DNA of 64,000 bases from Eledone cirrhosa (GCA_964016885.1 OZ024742.1:333064001-333128000), one strand, 5' to 3'; shown: positions 13,683 to 27,847, numbered from the stretch's first letter. Notes: generated by a model from the sequence alone, not told the origin. Numbers and translations are program-made.

Positions 13683-15733
13683 ACCAACACGAGCGAAATT
13701 GAACAGCAAATACATGATGGGAGAAAGAAAATCCTCAACGCTCACATGATGATGTGGACCGACATCCTAAAGCCAAGCAGACGCTCTGCCAACAATTTCC
13801 AGGCGTCTACCAATAGCATACCAGACTTGTATGGGCTCCGCAAAGACCACAAGACAGTTGACGACCCGACAACAGGACCACCAACAAGACATGTATGCGG
13901 AGCAAATATAGCTAGCAACTACAGGATCTCCTACTTCCTCTCAATGGTTATACGCCCCATAATCAAGATGTCCCCAGATGTATGTGACAGTACAGAGGAC
14001 CTCCTAAGCAGAATCAGTGAGTGCAACAAAAACAGGAACCTATCCAACTACATAATAGGCAGCATGGATGTGGTATCACTGTACCCATCCATTAACATTG
14101 ATTTTGCTGTGGAAAAATGTGTGGAGATGATCATTGAGAGTGAGGTGGAGTTCTGCGACATCGACACAGACGAACTGGGCCTCCTACTTAGACTTACCTA
14201 TGACACTGGCTACCTAGAAAGCCATGGCCTTAGACGTTTCTGCCCCAGTAGACCCATAAGTGGTAGACCTCCCACCATAACCTCAATGGCAAAAAAGACT
14301 CCCATGAGAAGGTTGATTGGGTGGACCAAAGCTATACGGACCCCCCCCCCCCCAAAAAAATGATCAAGTAAGATAAATGGTCGCACATGCAATAGGGGCT
14401 AGTATCAAAACTACCATAAAGGGCCACGTATTCAATTTCAACGAGAAGATCTACACCCAAAACGAGGGAGCAGCCATTGACGTGAGCAAATCTGGTCACG
14501 TTGCCAACCTTTTTATGGTATGGTGGGAAAGGAGACTCAGATCTCCTTGATGAGAGCTCCATAAACCTCAGCATGTACACTCGTTACGTAGACGATATCA
14601 ATATAGTAATAAGGACATCCCCACAAGAGAGTACTAACAAGTTTGATTTAGAACGTATTACAATGGAAAGCATCCAGCAGATAGCTAATTCCATACACCA
14701 GAGTATAACTGTAACTATCGACTACCCTTCCAAACACCCTAACAATAGACTACATGTATGTGACACGGAACTCTGGATTAATACTATAGACGAGAGAGCC
14801 CAAATTCTCCACTCACACTATGCTAAACCCATGGCCTCCATATACCTGATACTCACAAAATCAGCAATATCCAGTAGTGCTAAGTTTAATATTCTGATCG
14901 CAGACTTGGTACGAGTGATGAAGAACGTGTCCCGCATGTGCGACCCAACAGAAATGGAAAGACACATCCAACACTTCATCAACCGCATGCAGTTCTCTGG
15001 GTACAACCAAAGAGACAGAATCAGAATATACGAAGGACCCACGGAGAAGTATAAGACCCTCATAGAACTGGACATGAAAGGAATTTGTCCATTATACAGG
15101 AGCAAATCATGGAATAGCTTAGATAGGACTAGACATAAGATAGGGAAAGCAACCTCATGGTACGACAACCAGAGATACCAGAGTGTTATGTTTGTGGACG
15201 CTACCCCTGGAGGGAAATTAGCTAACCAGTGTAGAAATGCTCTGAGAAAAATCCACTTAAAGATTAAAGTGGTAGAAAAGCCAGGTACCACCATCACATC
15301 CCTCATCAGCAAAACCTACCCTTTTAAGAAAACACACTGTACTAATAGGAAATGTATTATATATAAAGTAATCCCCCGGAAAAACTGTAAAACTAGAAAC
15401 GTAGTCTATAGCATAAGATGTACAGAGGGTACTTGCAGAAACATGACAACAACATACATAAGCGAGACAGCTCGTAGCATAGGTAAAATGGTAGACGAAC
15501 GCTGGGGGGGGACTAAAAGACGAAAAAACGGTTCAGTACTATACGAACATGCCAGACAACAACACGACGGTAACATAGACAACATAGAAATTAGAATAAT
15601 ATCTAAACATAGAAATGACCCAGCAGATAAGCAAATCAGAGACGCCAGCGAATTAGAACTTAAAAGGCCAAGGCTAAACAGAAAAATGAATGGAATAACA
15701 ACAACAACACCCAAACAAACAACACTGACCTAA
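13683..15733 (+). mobile_element. Penelope-like retroelement ORF (reverse transcriptase + GIY-YIG endonuclease), 5'-truncated and frameshifted
   Basis: RT motifs PDLYGLRKDHK...PPTRHV, IIGSMDVVSLYPSI, HVFNFNEKIYTQNEGAAID..SGHVANLFM (between the tracked ORFs) and YTRYVDD. Cys-rich linker CTNRKC..NCKT, then RNVVYSIRC..YISETARS (GIY-YIG). Frameshifts near the 14340 poly-C tract and near 14530. Confidence 0.93.
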
Positions 15734-15934
15734 GAGGATTATAAATAAATAAATAAATACATACACAAGCACAATAACAACAAACACATATAAACACACA
15801 CTAGTAAACTAAGATAGAATACAATAACCAATACACAGTCACCCAAACACGAACACACATCAAACAAAACACTAAACACACGCAAACGCATGCGCAGAGA
15901 AGACAAAAAAATGAATAAATAAATAAACGGACTA

Positions 15935-16275
15935 AATAAAGATGGCGTAGGCATACAATACAATGGGAGGAAACATAATAGCACCACTGACGATGTTGCA
16001 GATGTGCAACGAACGAACCTTGTTAGACTATATATATGTGTTTGTGTCTATATTGTATCTGTATTTTTGACCGTTGGTCAGTCAATGGTAACATTGAGGA
16101 CCGAATAAATTACTTTAATCAATATAAAAGACACAGAAGCGAAAACCAACCAAACAGTGAGTGTGTTCTGTTATTAATTCTGGCAATATTACAATATTAT
16201 TACACAAATATGACCCTCCCCACGTATAACAATATTTGTTTCGACACACGATTTCATATCAAAAACTTCGCAAAA
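15935..16275 (+). mobile_element. 3' pseudo-LTR of the Penelope-like element with decayed hammerhead core
   Basis: ca CTGACGA t-gttgca gatg tgcaac GAA at 15987-16013. Terminal motif atgaccctccc..tataacaatat. A close solo copy lies at 50467-50762. Confidence 0.75.
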
Positions 16276-16330
<55 letters not shown>

Positions 16331-16355
16331 GTATCCTATTAATTAATTGTATGTA

Positions 16356-16391
<36 letters not shown>

Positions 16392-16716
16392 TACATACAT
16401 TTAATTAATAGGATACCTTTCATCTTCTATGTAATTATTTCCTCTTCATTGGTTACATTTACCAGTATCTGGGGCCACGTATTCTTGTAAAGACAATTTG
16501 AAGATCAAATATATGAACAGTAAGGTACGGCATCCTCTTCCCTACATAACTATTGAACAACTGCAAATAGTAATTGGTTAATTATTGTATCTTGTTTAAT
16601 ACAGAGTGTCGTTCAACATCTTCAGCTGAACACTTTAATTACACCGGGTAACATATTTTTTGTTCCCCGGTTCTTAGTGTCATTCCATGGTTTGTTATAT
16701 CCCATTATTATAAAAA

Positions 16717-16863
16717 GACAGGGCGGTGGATTGGCAGTATCGATAGTGAGTCGGACACCATGCTTTGAAGCATAGAGTTACGTCCCTTACGAGGTCGGTA
16801 AAATAAAGTACCATTAATGCACTGGAATAATTGCTGGCCTTATGCCAAAAGTAGAAACAATTA
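16717..16863 (+). mobile_element. tRNA-derived SINE (internally deleted copy)
   Basis: ggcggtggattggcagtatcg head; ggtcggtaaaataaagtacc core; ctggccttatgccaaaagtagaaacaatt tail. Homologous to 30715-30900. Confidence 0.75.
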
Positions 16864-17075
16864 TAAAAAAACACTATTATTTCCTCAGAAATTTGTTTTT
16901 GTGGTCAGGAGTTTGATATTTCAAAATGTTCATCTTTTTCAAGAAAAAACACATTTTTTTTTAATTTATCAGTTCATATAATTAAATCAACAGAGTATAT
17001 ATTTATTTTATTACACAAGCTTATCAAAAGCAAACAAGTAAAAACAAATGACACTTATAAAGCAACTTATACACG

Positions 17076-17951
17076 TCAGAAATGACTGGATTTCCTGGAT
17101 TTCCTGGATTTCCGTTTGTAGTCCAGGTCGCATTCCCGCACTAGCCCCCAGATATAGTCCCCCATCATTTTTCCATTGTAGTGGCCCTGGTACCTCCGCT
17201 CTATCTCTTTCACATCTTGGTGGAATCGTTCCCCTTGTTCTTCTGAGTAGGCGCCTATATTGTCCTTGAATGTTTCCAGGTGTGCGTCCAGCATATGGAG
17301 TTTAAGCGAGATACAGCATCCCATGGCGCCAAAAGCCTTTATCAGATCCTGCACCAGTTGCTGGTCGTTTTCAGCTCTGTAGTTGCCCAGGAAGCCCTTA
17401 ACAAATGCCTTGAAACAGTTCCATGCTGTTCTCTCAATCCTATTGAGCTTATTGGAGAACTCGGTAGATTCATACACCTTCTTTATCTGAGGTCCAACAA
17501 AAATTCCACCTTTGATTTTGGTCCCAGATAACTTGGGGAAGAACTCAAATAGGTACTTGAAAGCAGCTGATTCTTGGTTGAGACCCTTCACAAACTGCTT
17601 CATCAACCCCAAATTAAAGTGCTGTCGCGGCATGAGCACAATCCTGGGATCAACCAGTGAGTCCCACATGACGTTCCGGGTCCCAACTACAAATTCTGTT
17701 CGCTGCTCCCAGTTCTTTCTTTTGTAGTGGTCAGACGTGACTCTGTTGTCCCAAAGGCAGAGGAAGCATTGGAATTTGATAAAGCCTCCTTGGAGTCCAA
17801 GCAGGAAATCCACCATCTTGAAGTCTCCAATGATTTCCCAATTGTACTGGTTGTAGTAATCTTTCTTCAGACAGACTGACTGAGCTAGGGGCAGTGTCGG
17901 GAACTTGTTTCGATTGTGGAGGAGGATAGCCTTAAAACTTGTGGTGGAGCT
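17076..17951 (-). mobile_element. Chapaev3-like (CMC superfamily) transposase remnant, copy 1
   Basis: LLGLQGGFIKFQCFLCLWD...LGLMKQFVK...HMLDAHL...GAYSEEQGERFHQDVKEIERRYQG..MMGDYIWGL matches a widespread invertebrate transposase that I recognise as Chapaev3-type. 5'-truncated. Confidence 0.8.
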
Positions 17952-18251
17952 TTTCTTTCTTTCTTCCTCCTATATATACATATATATATATATCCTAATA
18001 ATTATTTAAATCTAACTAGCGTCTAAAAATAACGTTCTTTTCAGCCCTACGCCTCAATCTCACTTGCATATTCATCAAAATAATTTGAAATATTTGTTTT
18101 TTCCTCTATTCCCCTTTTTTCCCCTTTTTCCTTTCACTATCCAGGTGAAACTTGAACCGTTAAGGTCTCATTCCTGGATATGTCAATATTTATAAAACAA
18201 ACTTTGTATTTTATCTCATTAGAACGTGCCAAAGTTTTGGTACTCTTGAAA
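17952..18251 (+). repeat. Duplicate of 12601-12892
   Basis: cctaataattatttaaatctaa.tagcgtctaaaaataacg...tatccaggtgaaacttgaacc...gttttggtac.cttgaa is near-identical in both places. Confidence 0.9.
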
Positions 18252-19842
18252 TCTAAACTATAATAAAGGAACGTCTGCGGGATTGTGTACGGTTATTTTT
18301 TTATCCCGTTTGTAAAATAAGTTGGATTACTCTGAATAAATAATGAATGGATATTACATAATTTATGTACTCAATTTCGTAAACAAAAATAATTTCGTAA
18401 AAATAAATAATTTGAAATTGATTCCTTTTCAAATTTGCACCTCCGGTATATCTTCGCCATCACCACCATTTCAACTACCACATATATATATAGAAAGAGA
18501 GAGTTTCTGATGAGAGAGGTAGAGAGATTATGATTTTCTACACCTGACGCGTATGATTGTGCACATACATACATCTATATGTATGAGTATATAACTATAA
18601 TCGTGCAAACACAAACTTATTAAAGATACACTCTCACGGACATAATTTACACAAATACACATACTTTCACACAAATATACATATATACAGACATACTTTC
18701 ACACAAACATACATACTTTCACAACACAAATATACATACATTCACACATACTTTCACACATATACTTTCACACAAACATACATACATTTACACATATACA
18801 TTTACGCAAACACACACACACAGTCATGATAGCGTTCGGTTTAATTGTAGATGGGAGGGTATACATACATACATACATTCACACAAACATACATACTTTC
18901 ACACATACTTTCACACATACTTTCACACAAACATACATACATTCACACATATACATTTACACAAACGTACATACATTCATATATATACTTTTACACAAAC
19001 ACACACATACTGTCATGATAGCGTTCGGTTTAATTGGAAATGGAAGGGTAAAACAAGTATAACGTTTTATTTATTTATTAACTGTTGATATATTTATTTA
19101 CTCTTATTTTTTAAACTCATCTAAATTATAATAAAGTAAGGAGCCCGGGACAGCGTACGGTTTATAATTTTTTATCCCATTACAAAAATAAGTTGGATTA
19201 CGTTGAATAAATAATGAATTAATATTATATAATTTATCTACTAAATTTCGTGGCTGCTCATTAAATATATTTTGTTTATATAAAGATTCACTTCTTAAAA
19301 ATTTCTGAAATGTCATCACTTCCGGTTGGCCATCGCTTAAATAAACACTAATTTTCTCATAATTCAGTTCATATATAATATTGTCTTTTTGTGTAGGAGT
19401 ATGTATATGGGCGAAAATATATACTGAAATAAATCAGAAATGACATTATGATCGATGAAATCGATAAAATCACAGCCTGGTTGCATTTGAAAGGGTTAAT
19501 CCGGTAGAATAATATATATTTACATGTACATATGTCTTCCTATTATTTAAACTATGAATTTTCACTCTTTAAAAGCATGCAAAAACGTGGTAAATAAAGT
19601 TATTTGTTACTCGGTGCCATATTTTGTCGCAATGCCTATGAACTTATCGTTGATGCAGGCACAAAACTACAGACACACACACACATAAATTCAAACACAC
19701 ACACAAGCACACAAACACCCACACACACACACACACACACACATACACACACACATATATATATATATCATAGATTGAGTTAGAAACTCAAAATAGTCTT
19801 TTAAAATTAAATAACTCAAGGAAGGGAATCTTTCCGAGCCGT

Positions 19843-20193
19843 GTAATACAATTGAATATATGAGAGGGATGAACGCCGATACAAGAATACATGTGTTCCA
19901 ATTGCCAATGACCAGGTTAACTAGGTTGAAAAAATACTAATTTAAAACAATATGGTTTGCCTGTCTCGATTTAAAGTAATAAATCAATAAAAATAACAAT
20001 CCTATATCGTGCAGATGCCGTTTGATACCCTGACAGATCTAAATGTGATTCGGAAGAATTATTAAGTGAAAGCAACCATTCCTGTGCTCTTCTGCGGGTA
20101 TCCAGGATATGTGTACCTTTCACTTCAAAAGATCTAACTCGAACACATGTATACTTGTATCGGTGTTCTCGCTCTCATATGTTCAATTGTGTA
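19843..20193. mobile_element. Element with ~55 bp terminal inverted repeats
   Basis: acaattgaatatatgagag...gatacaagaatacatgtgttc versus gaacacatgtatacttgtatc...ctctcatatgttcaattgt. The interior matches the host sequence of the Helitron (8146-8216 plus 8692-8720). Confidence 0.7.
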
Positions 20194-20263
20194 TATGTAT
20201 ATATATATACATATATTTATATATATATGTATATATATGTATATATGTATATATATATATGTA

Positions 20264-20296
<33 letters not shown>

Positions 20297-20299
20297 GAA

Positions 20300-20530
20300 C
20301 GAGTAGTACCTCGACGGCTGAGCTCAAGCCGTTTCGACGGCTAATTCTGGCATAAAAATAAAAATAAAATAAATTTTTTTTTTTTTGTAATTAGTCCAGA
20401 ATTAGCCGTCGAAACGGCTTGAGCTCAGTCCTCGGGGTACTACTCCTTCCTATTACCCACTCTACTACCCTAAGTATTGAGTATTTTGATGCGTTATGGT
20501 CCACCTGGTTCCTTACCAGATTTCCTTCGT
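20300..20530. repeat. Dispersed repeat with ~50 bp internal inverted repeat
   Basis: 20301-20349 is the reverse complement of 20396-20445. Same family as 9020-9190. Confidence 0.8.
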
Positions 20531-20638
<108 letters not shown>

Positions 20639-20682
20639 CGTACATACATATATATATATATGTATACATATATATATATAAA

Positions 20683-20728
<46 letters not shown>

Positions 20729-20871
20729 TATATTTATATATATATATATATATATAAGTTGCAAAAATGAAAACGAAATTTCATTTCTCACTCTTAGTAT
20801 GACACTTACTTAAATGTAAGTATGTATGTATACGTACATACATATATGTATACAGACGTACAGTAGCATGC

Positions 20872-20905
<34 letters not shown>

Positions 20906-21045
20906 GCATACAGGTACACATACATATATGCACGCATCAGTTTAGCCGACGTTTATTATAACGCAGCTTTGTTCGCTTGTTTCTCAACAAACCGAACAGC
21001 CTGAATTTATGCCATACGGTGTTAAGGCAACCACGTCACCTTTTT

Positions 21046-21132
21046 GTTCAACACTGACACAGGAACGATGTACTAGTTTCAAGCTTGTTAGCTATCATCA
21101 GCACCGTTTACCCATCTGCCAGATAGTTGAAC
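21046..21132 (-). ncRNA. Type I hammerhead ribozyme (array copy 1 of 18)
   Basis: Minus strand: gttcaactatctggcagatgggtaa acggtg CTGATGA t agct aaca agct t GAAA ctag TA catcgt tcctgtgtcagtgttgaac. Predicted cleavage after GUA, between 21071 and 21070. Equivalent A17 positions: 21587, 22069, 22595, 23087, 23611, 24075, 24539, 25041, 25552, 26056, 26555, 27096, 27602, 28066, 28570, 29093, 29564. Confidence 0.92.
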
Positions 21133-21181
21133 GTTCGAAAGTATATACTTTCCTTATGAAAATTAACGGCTGAGCAGCCTA

Positions 21182-21189
21182 ATTTGCAT
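21182..21189 (-). promoter_or_regulatory. Octamer motif ATGCAAAT, repeated through the array about 115 nt upstream of each cleavage site
   Basis: Exact atttgcat on the + strand between successive hammerheads. Function is inferred only. Confidence 0.4.
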
Positions 21190-21342
21190 ATTGAGTGACT
21201 TAAATCGGTCAGGCATACCGAAAATGACAAGTTGAAAAAAATGAAAACGAAATTTCATTTCTCACTCTTAGTATGGCACTTACTTAAATGTAAGTGTGTA
21301 TGTATACGTACATACATATATGTATACAGACGTGCAGTAGCA

Positions 21343-21421
<79 letters not shown>

Positions 21422-21856
21422 GCATACAGGTACACATACATATATGCACGCATCAGTTTAGCCGACGTTTATTATAACGCAGCTTTGTTCGCTTGTTTGT
21501 CAACAAACCGAACAGCCTGAATTTATGCCATACGGTGTTAAGGCAACCACGTCACCTTTTTGTTCAACACTGACACAGGAACGATGTACTAGTTTCAAGC
21601 TTGTTAGCTATCATCAGCACCGTTTACCCATCTGCCAGATAGTTGAACGTTCGAAAGTATATACTTTCCATATGAAAATTAACGGCTGAGCAGCCTAATT
21701 TGCATATTGAGTTAGTTAAATCGGTCAGGCATACCGAAAACGACAAGTTGAAAAAAATGAAAACGAAATTTCATTTCTCACTCTTAGTATGGCACTTACT
21801 TAAATGTAAGTATGTATGTATACGTACATACATATATGTATACAGACGTACAGTAG

Positions 21857-21903
<47 letters not shown>

Positions 21904-22340
21904 GCATACAGGTACACATACATATATGCACGCAACAGTTTAGCCGACGTTTATTATAACGCAGCTTTGTTCGCTTGTTTCTCAACAAACCGAACAGCCT
22001 GAATTTATGCCATACGGTGTTAAGGCAACCACGTCACCTTTTTGTTCAACACTGACACAGGAACGATGTACTAGTTTCAAGCTTGTTAGCTATCATCAGC
22101 ACCGTTTACCCATCTGCCAGATAGTTGAACGTTCGAAAGTATATACTTTCCATATGAAAATTAACGGCTGAGCAGCCTAATTTGCATATTGAGTTAGTTA
22201 AATCGGTCAGGCATACCGAAAACGACAAGTTGAAAAAAATGAAAACGAAATTTCATTTCTCATTCTTAGTATGGCACTTACTTAAATGTAAGTATGTATG
22301 TATACGTACATACATATATGTATACAGACGTACAGTAGCA

Positions 22341-22429
<89 letters not shown>

Positions 22430-22866
22430 GCATACAGGTACACATACATATATGCACGCAACTGTTTAGCCGACGTTTATTATAACGCAGCTTTGTTCGC
22501 TTGTTTCTCAACAAACCGAACAGCCTGAATTTATGCCATACGGTGTTAAGGCAACCACGTCACCTTTTTGTTCAACACTGACACAGGAACGATGTACTAG
22601 TTTCAAGCTTGTTAGCTATCATCAGCACCGTTTACCCATCTGCCAGATAGTTGAACGTTCGAAAGTATATACTTTCCTTATGAAAATTAACGACTGAGCA
22701 GCCTAATTTGCATATTGAATGAGTTAAATCAGTCAGGCATACCGAAAACGACAAGTTGAAAAAAATGAAAACGAAATTTCATTTCTCACTCTTAGTATGG
22801 CACTTACTTAAATGTAAGTATGTATGTATACGTACATACATATATGTATACAGACGTACAGTAGCA

Positions 22867-22921
<55 letters not shown>

Positions 22922-23361
22922 GCATACAGGTACACATACATATATGCACGCAACAGTTTAGCCGACGTTTATTATAACGCAGCTTTGTTCGCTTGTTTCT
23001 CAACAAACCGAATAGCCTGAATTGATGCCATACGGTGTTAAGGCAACCACGTCACCTTTTTGTTCAACACTGACACAGGAACGATGTACTAGTTTCAAGC
23101 TTGTTAGCTATCATCTGCACCGTTTACCCATCTGCCAGATAGTTGAACGTTCGAAAGTATATACTTTCCTTATGAAAATTAACGGCTGAGCAGCCTAATT
23201 TGCATATTGAGTGAGTTAAATCGGTCAGGCATACCAAAAACGACAAGTTGAAAAAAATGAAAACGAAATTTCATTTCTCACTCTTAGTATGGCACTTACT
23301 TAAATGTAAGTAAGTATGTATACGTACATACATATATGTATACAGACGTACAGTAGCATGC

Positions 23362-23445
<84 letters not shown>

Positions 23446-24320
23446 GCATACAGGTACACATACATATATGCACGCAACAGTTTAGCCGACGTTTATTATA
23501 ACGCAGCTTTGTTCGCTTGTTTCTCAACAAACCGAACAGCCTGAATTTATGCCATACGGTGTTAAGGCAACCACGTCACCTTTTTGTTCAACACTGACAC
23601 AGGAACGATGTACTAGTTTCAAGCTTGTTAGCTATCATCAGCACCGTTTACCCATCTGCCAGATAGTTGAACGTTCGAAAGTATATACTTTCCTTATGAA
23701 AATTAACGGCTGAGCAGCCTAATTTGCATATTGAATGAGTTAAATCAGTCAGGCATACCGAAAACGACAAGTTGAAAAAAATGAAAACGAAATTTCATTT
23801 CTCACTCTTAGTATGGCACTTACTTAAATGTAAGTATGTATGTATACGTACATACATATATGTATACAGACGTACAGTAGCATGCATATATATATATATA
23901 TACACATATGCATACAGGTACACATACATATATGCACGCATCAGTTTAGCCGACGTTTATTATAACGCAGCTTTGTTCGCTTGTTTGTCAACAAACCGAA
24001 CAGCCTGAATTTATGCCATACGGTGTTAAGGCAACCACGTCACCTTTTTGTTCAACACTGACACAGGAACGATGTACTAGTTTCAAGCTTGTTAGCTATC
24101 ATCAGCACCGTTTACCCATCTGCCAGATAGTTGAACGTTCGAAAGTATATACTTTCCATATGAAAATTAACGGCTGAGCAGCCTAATTTGCATATTGAGT
24201 TAGTTAAATCGGTCAGGCATACCGAAAACGACAAGTTGAAAAAAATGAAAACGAAATTTCATTTCTCACTCTTAGTATGGCACTTACTTAAATATATGTA
24301 TACAGACGTACAGTAGCATG

Positions 24321-24373
<53 letters not shown>

Positions 24374-24810
24374 GCATACAGGTACACATACATATATGCA
24401 CGCAACAGTTTAGCCGACGTTTATTATAACGCAGCTTTGTTCGCTTGTTTCTCAACAAACCGAACAGCCTGAATTTATGCCATACGGTGTTAAGGCAACC
24501 ACGTCACCTTTTTGTTCAACACTGACACAGGAACGATGTACTAGTTTCAAGCTTGTTAGCTATCATCAGCACCGTTAACCCATCTGCCAGATAGTTGAAC
24601 GTTCGAAAGTATATACTTTCCATATGAAAATTAACGGCTGAGCAGCCTAATTTGCATATTGAGTTAGTTAAATCGGTCAGGCATACCGAAAACGACAAGT
24701 TGAAAAAAATGAAAACGAAATTTCATTTCTCACTCTTAGTATGGCACTTACTTAAATGTAAGTATGTATGTATACGTACATACATATATGTATACAGACG
24801 TACAGTAGCA

Positions 24811-24875
<65 letters not shown>

Positions 24876-25312
24876 GCATACAGGTACACATACATATATG
24901 CACGCAACTGTTTAGCCGACGTTTATTATAACGCAGCTTTGTTCGCTTATTTCTCAACAAACCGAACAGCCTGAATTTATGCCATACGGTGTTAAGGCAA
25001 CCACGTCACCTTTTTGTTCAACACTGACACAGGAACGATGTACTAGTTTCAAGCTTGTTAGCTATCATCAGCACCGTTTACCCATCTGCCAGATAGTTGA
25101 ACGTTCGAAAGTATATACTTTCCTTATGAAAATTAACGACTGAGCAGCCTAATTTGCATATTGAATGAGTTAAATCAGTCAGGCATACCGAAAACGACAA
25201 GTTGAAAAAAATGAAAACGAAATTTCATTTCTCACTCTTAGTATGGCACTTACTTAAATGTAAGTATGTATGTATACGTACATACATATATGTATACAGA
25301 CGTACAGTAGCA

Positions 25313-25385
<73 letters not shown>

Positions 25386-25823
25386 GCATACAGGTACACA
25401 TACATATATGCACGCATCAGTTTAGCCGACGTTTATTATAACGCAGCTTTGTTCGCTTGTTTTATCAACAAACCGAACAGCCTGAATTTATGCCATACGG
25501 TGTTAAGGCAACCACGTCACCTTTTTGTTCAACACTGACACAGGAACGATGTACTAGTTTCAAGCTTGTTAGCTATCATCAGCACCGTTTACCCATCTGC
25601 CAGATAGTTGAACGTTCGAAAGTATATACTTTCCTTATGAAAATTAACGGCTGAGCAGCCTAATTTGCATATTGAGTGGGTTAAATCGGTCAGGCATACC
25701 AAAAACGACAAGTTGAAAAAAATGAAAACGAAATTTCATTTCTCACTCTTAGTATGGCACTTACTTAAATGTAAGTATGTATGTATACGTACATACATAT
25801 ATGTATACAGACGTACAGTAGCA

Positions 25824-25890
<67 letters not shown>

Positions 25891-26328
25891 GCATACAGGT
25901 ACACATACATATATGCACGCAACAGTTTAGCCGACGTTTATTATAACGCAGCTTTGTTCGCTTGTTTGTCAACAAACCGAACAGCCTGAATTTATGCCAT
26001 ACGGTATTAAGGCAACCACGTCACCTTTTTGTTCAACACTGACACAGGAACGATGTACTAGTTTCAAGCTTGTTAGCTATCATCAGCACCGTTTACCCAT
26101 CTGCCAGATAGTTGAACGTTCGAAAGTATATACTTTCCTTATGAAAATTAACGGCTGAGCAGCCTAATTTGCATATTGAATGAGTTAAATCAGTCAGGCA
26201 TACCGAAAACGACAAGTTGAAAAAAATGAAAACGAAATTTTTATTTCTCACTCTTTGTATGGCACTTACTTAAATGTAAGTATGTATGTATACGTACATA
26301 CATATATGTATACAGACGTACAGTAGCA

Positions 26329-26387
<59 letters not shown>

Positions 26388-26826
26388 GCATACAGGTACA
26401 CATACATATATATGCACGCATCAGTTTAGCTGACGTTTATTATAACGCAGCTTTGTTCGCTTGTTTGTCAACAAACCGAACAGCCTGAATTTATGCCATA
26501 CGGTGTTAAGGCAACCACGTCACTTTTGTGTTCAACACTGACACAGGAACGATGTACTAGTTTCAAGCTTGTTAGCTATCATCAGCACCGTTTACCCATC
26601 TGCGAGATAGGTGAACGTTCGAAAGTATATACTTTCCTTATGAAAATTAACGGCTGAGCAGCCTAATTTGCATATTGAGTGAGTTAAATCGGTCAGGCAT
26701 ACCGAAAACGACAAGTTGAAAAAAATGAAAACGAAATTTCATTTCTCACTCTTAGTATGGCACTTACTTAAATGTAAGTATGTATGTATACGTACATACA
26801 TATATGTATACAGACGTACAGTAGCA

Positions 26827-26929
<103 letters not shown>

Positions 26930-27370
26930 GCATACAGGTACACATACATATATGCACGCATCCGTTTTAGCCGACGTTTATTATAACGCAGCTTTGTTCG
27001 CTTGTTTGTCAACAAACCGAACAGCCTGAATTTATGCCATACGGTATTAAGGCAACCACGTCCCCTTTTTGTTCAACACTGACACAGGAACGATGTACTA
27101 GTTTCAAGCTTGTTAGCTATCATCTGCACCGTTTACCCATCTGCCAGATAGTTGAACGTTCGAAAGTATATACTTTCCTTATGAAAATTAACGGCTGAGC
27201 AGCCTAATTTGCATATTGAGTGAGTTAAATCGGTCAGGCATACCAAAAACGACAAGTTGAAAAAAATGAAAACGAAATTTCATTTCTCACTCTTAGTATG
27301 GCACTTACTTAAATGTAAGTATGTATGTATACGTACATACATATATGTATACAGACGTACAGTAGCATGC

Positions 27371-27436
<66 letters not shown>

Positions 27437-27847
27437 GCATACAGGTACACATACATATATGCACGCATCAGTTTAGCCGACGTTTATTATAACGCAGCTT
27501 TGTTCGCTTGTTTGTCAACAAACCGAACAGCCTGAATTTATGCCATACGGTGTTAAGGCAACCACGTCACCTTTTTGTTCAACACTGACACAGGAACGAT
27601 GTACTAGTTTCAAGCTTGTTAGCTATCATCAGCACCGTTTACCCATCTGCCAGATAGTTGAACGTTCGAAAGTATATACTTTCCATATGAAAATTAACGG
27701 CTGAGCAGCCTAATTTGCATATTGAGTTAGTTAAATCGGTCAGGCATACCGAAAACGACAAGTTGAAAAAAATGAAAACGAAATTTCATTTCTCACTCTT
27801 AGTATGGCACTTACTTAAATATATGTATACAGACGTACAGTAGCATG

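Larger units (their letters stand above)
16391..17951. repeat. Local duplication (~1.55 kb), second copy at ~30385-32015
   Basis: gtacatacatttaattaataggatacctttc... is collinear in both copies and includes unique flank, a SINE and the transposase remnant, with scattered substitutions and indels. Confidence 0.92.
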
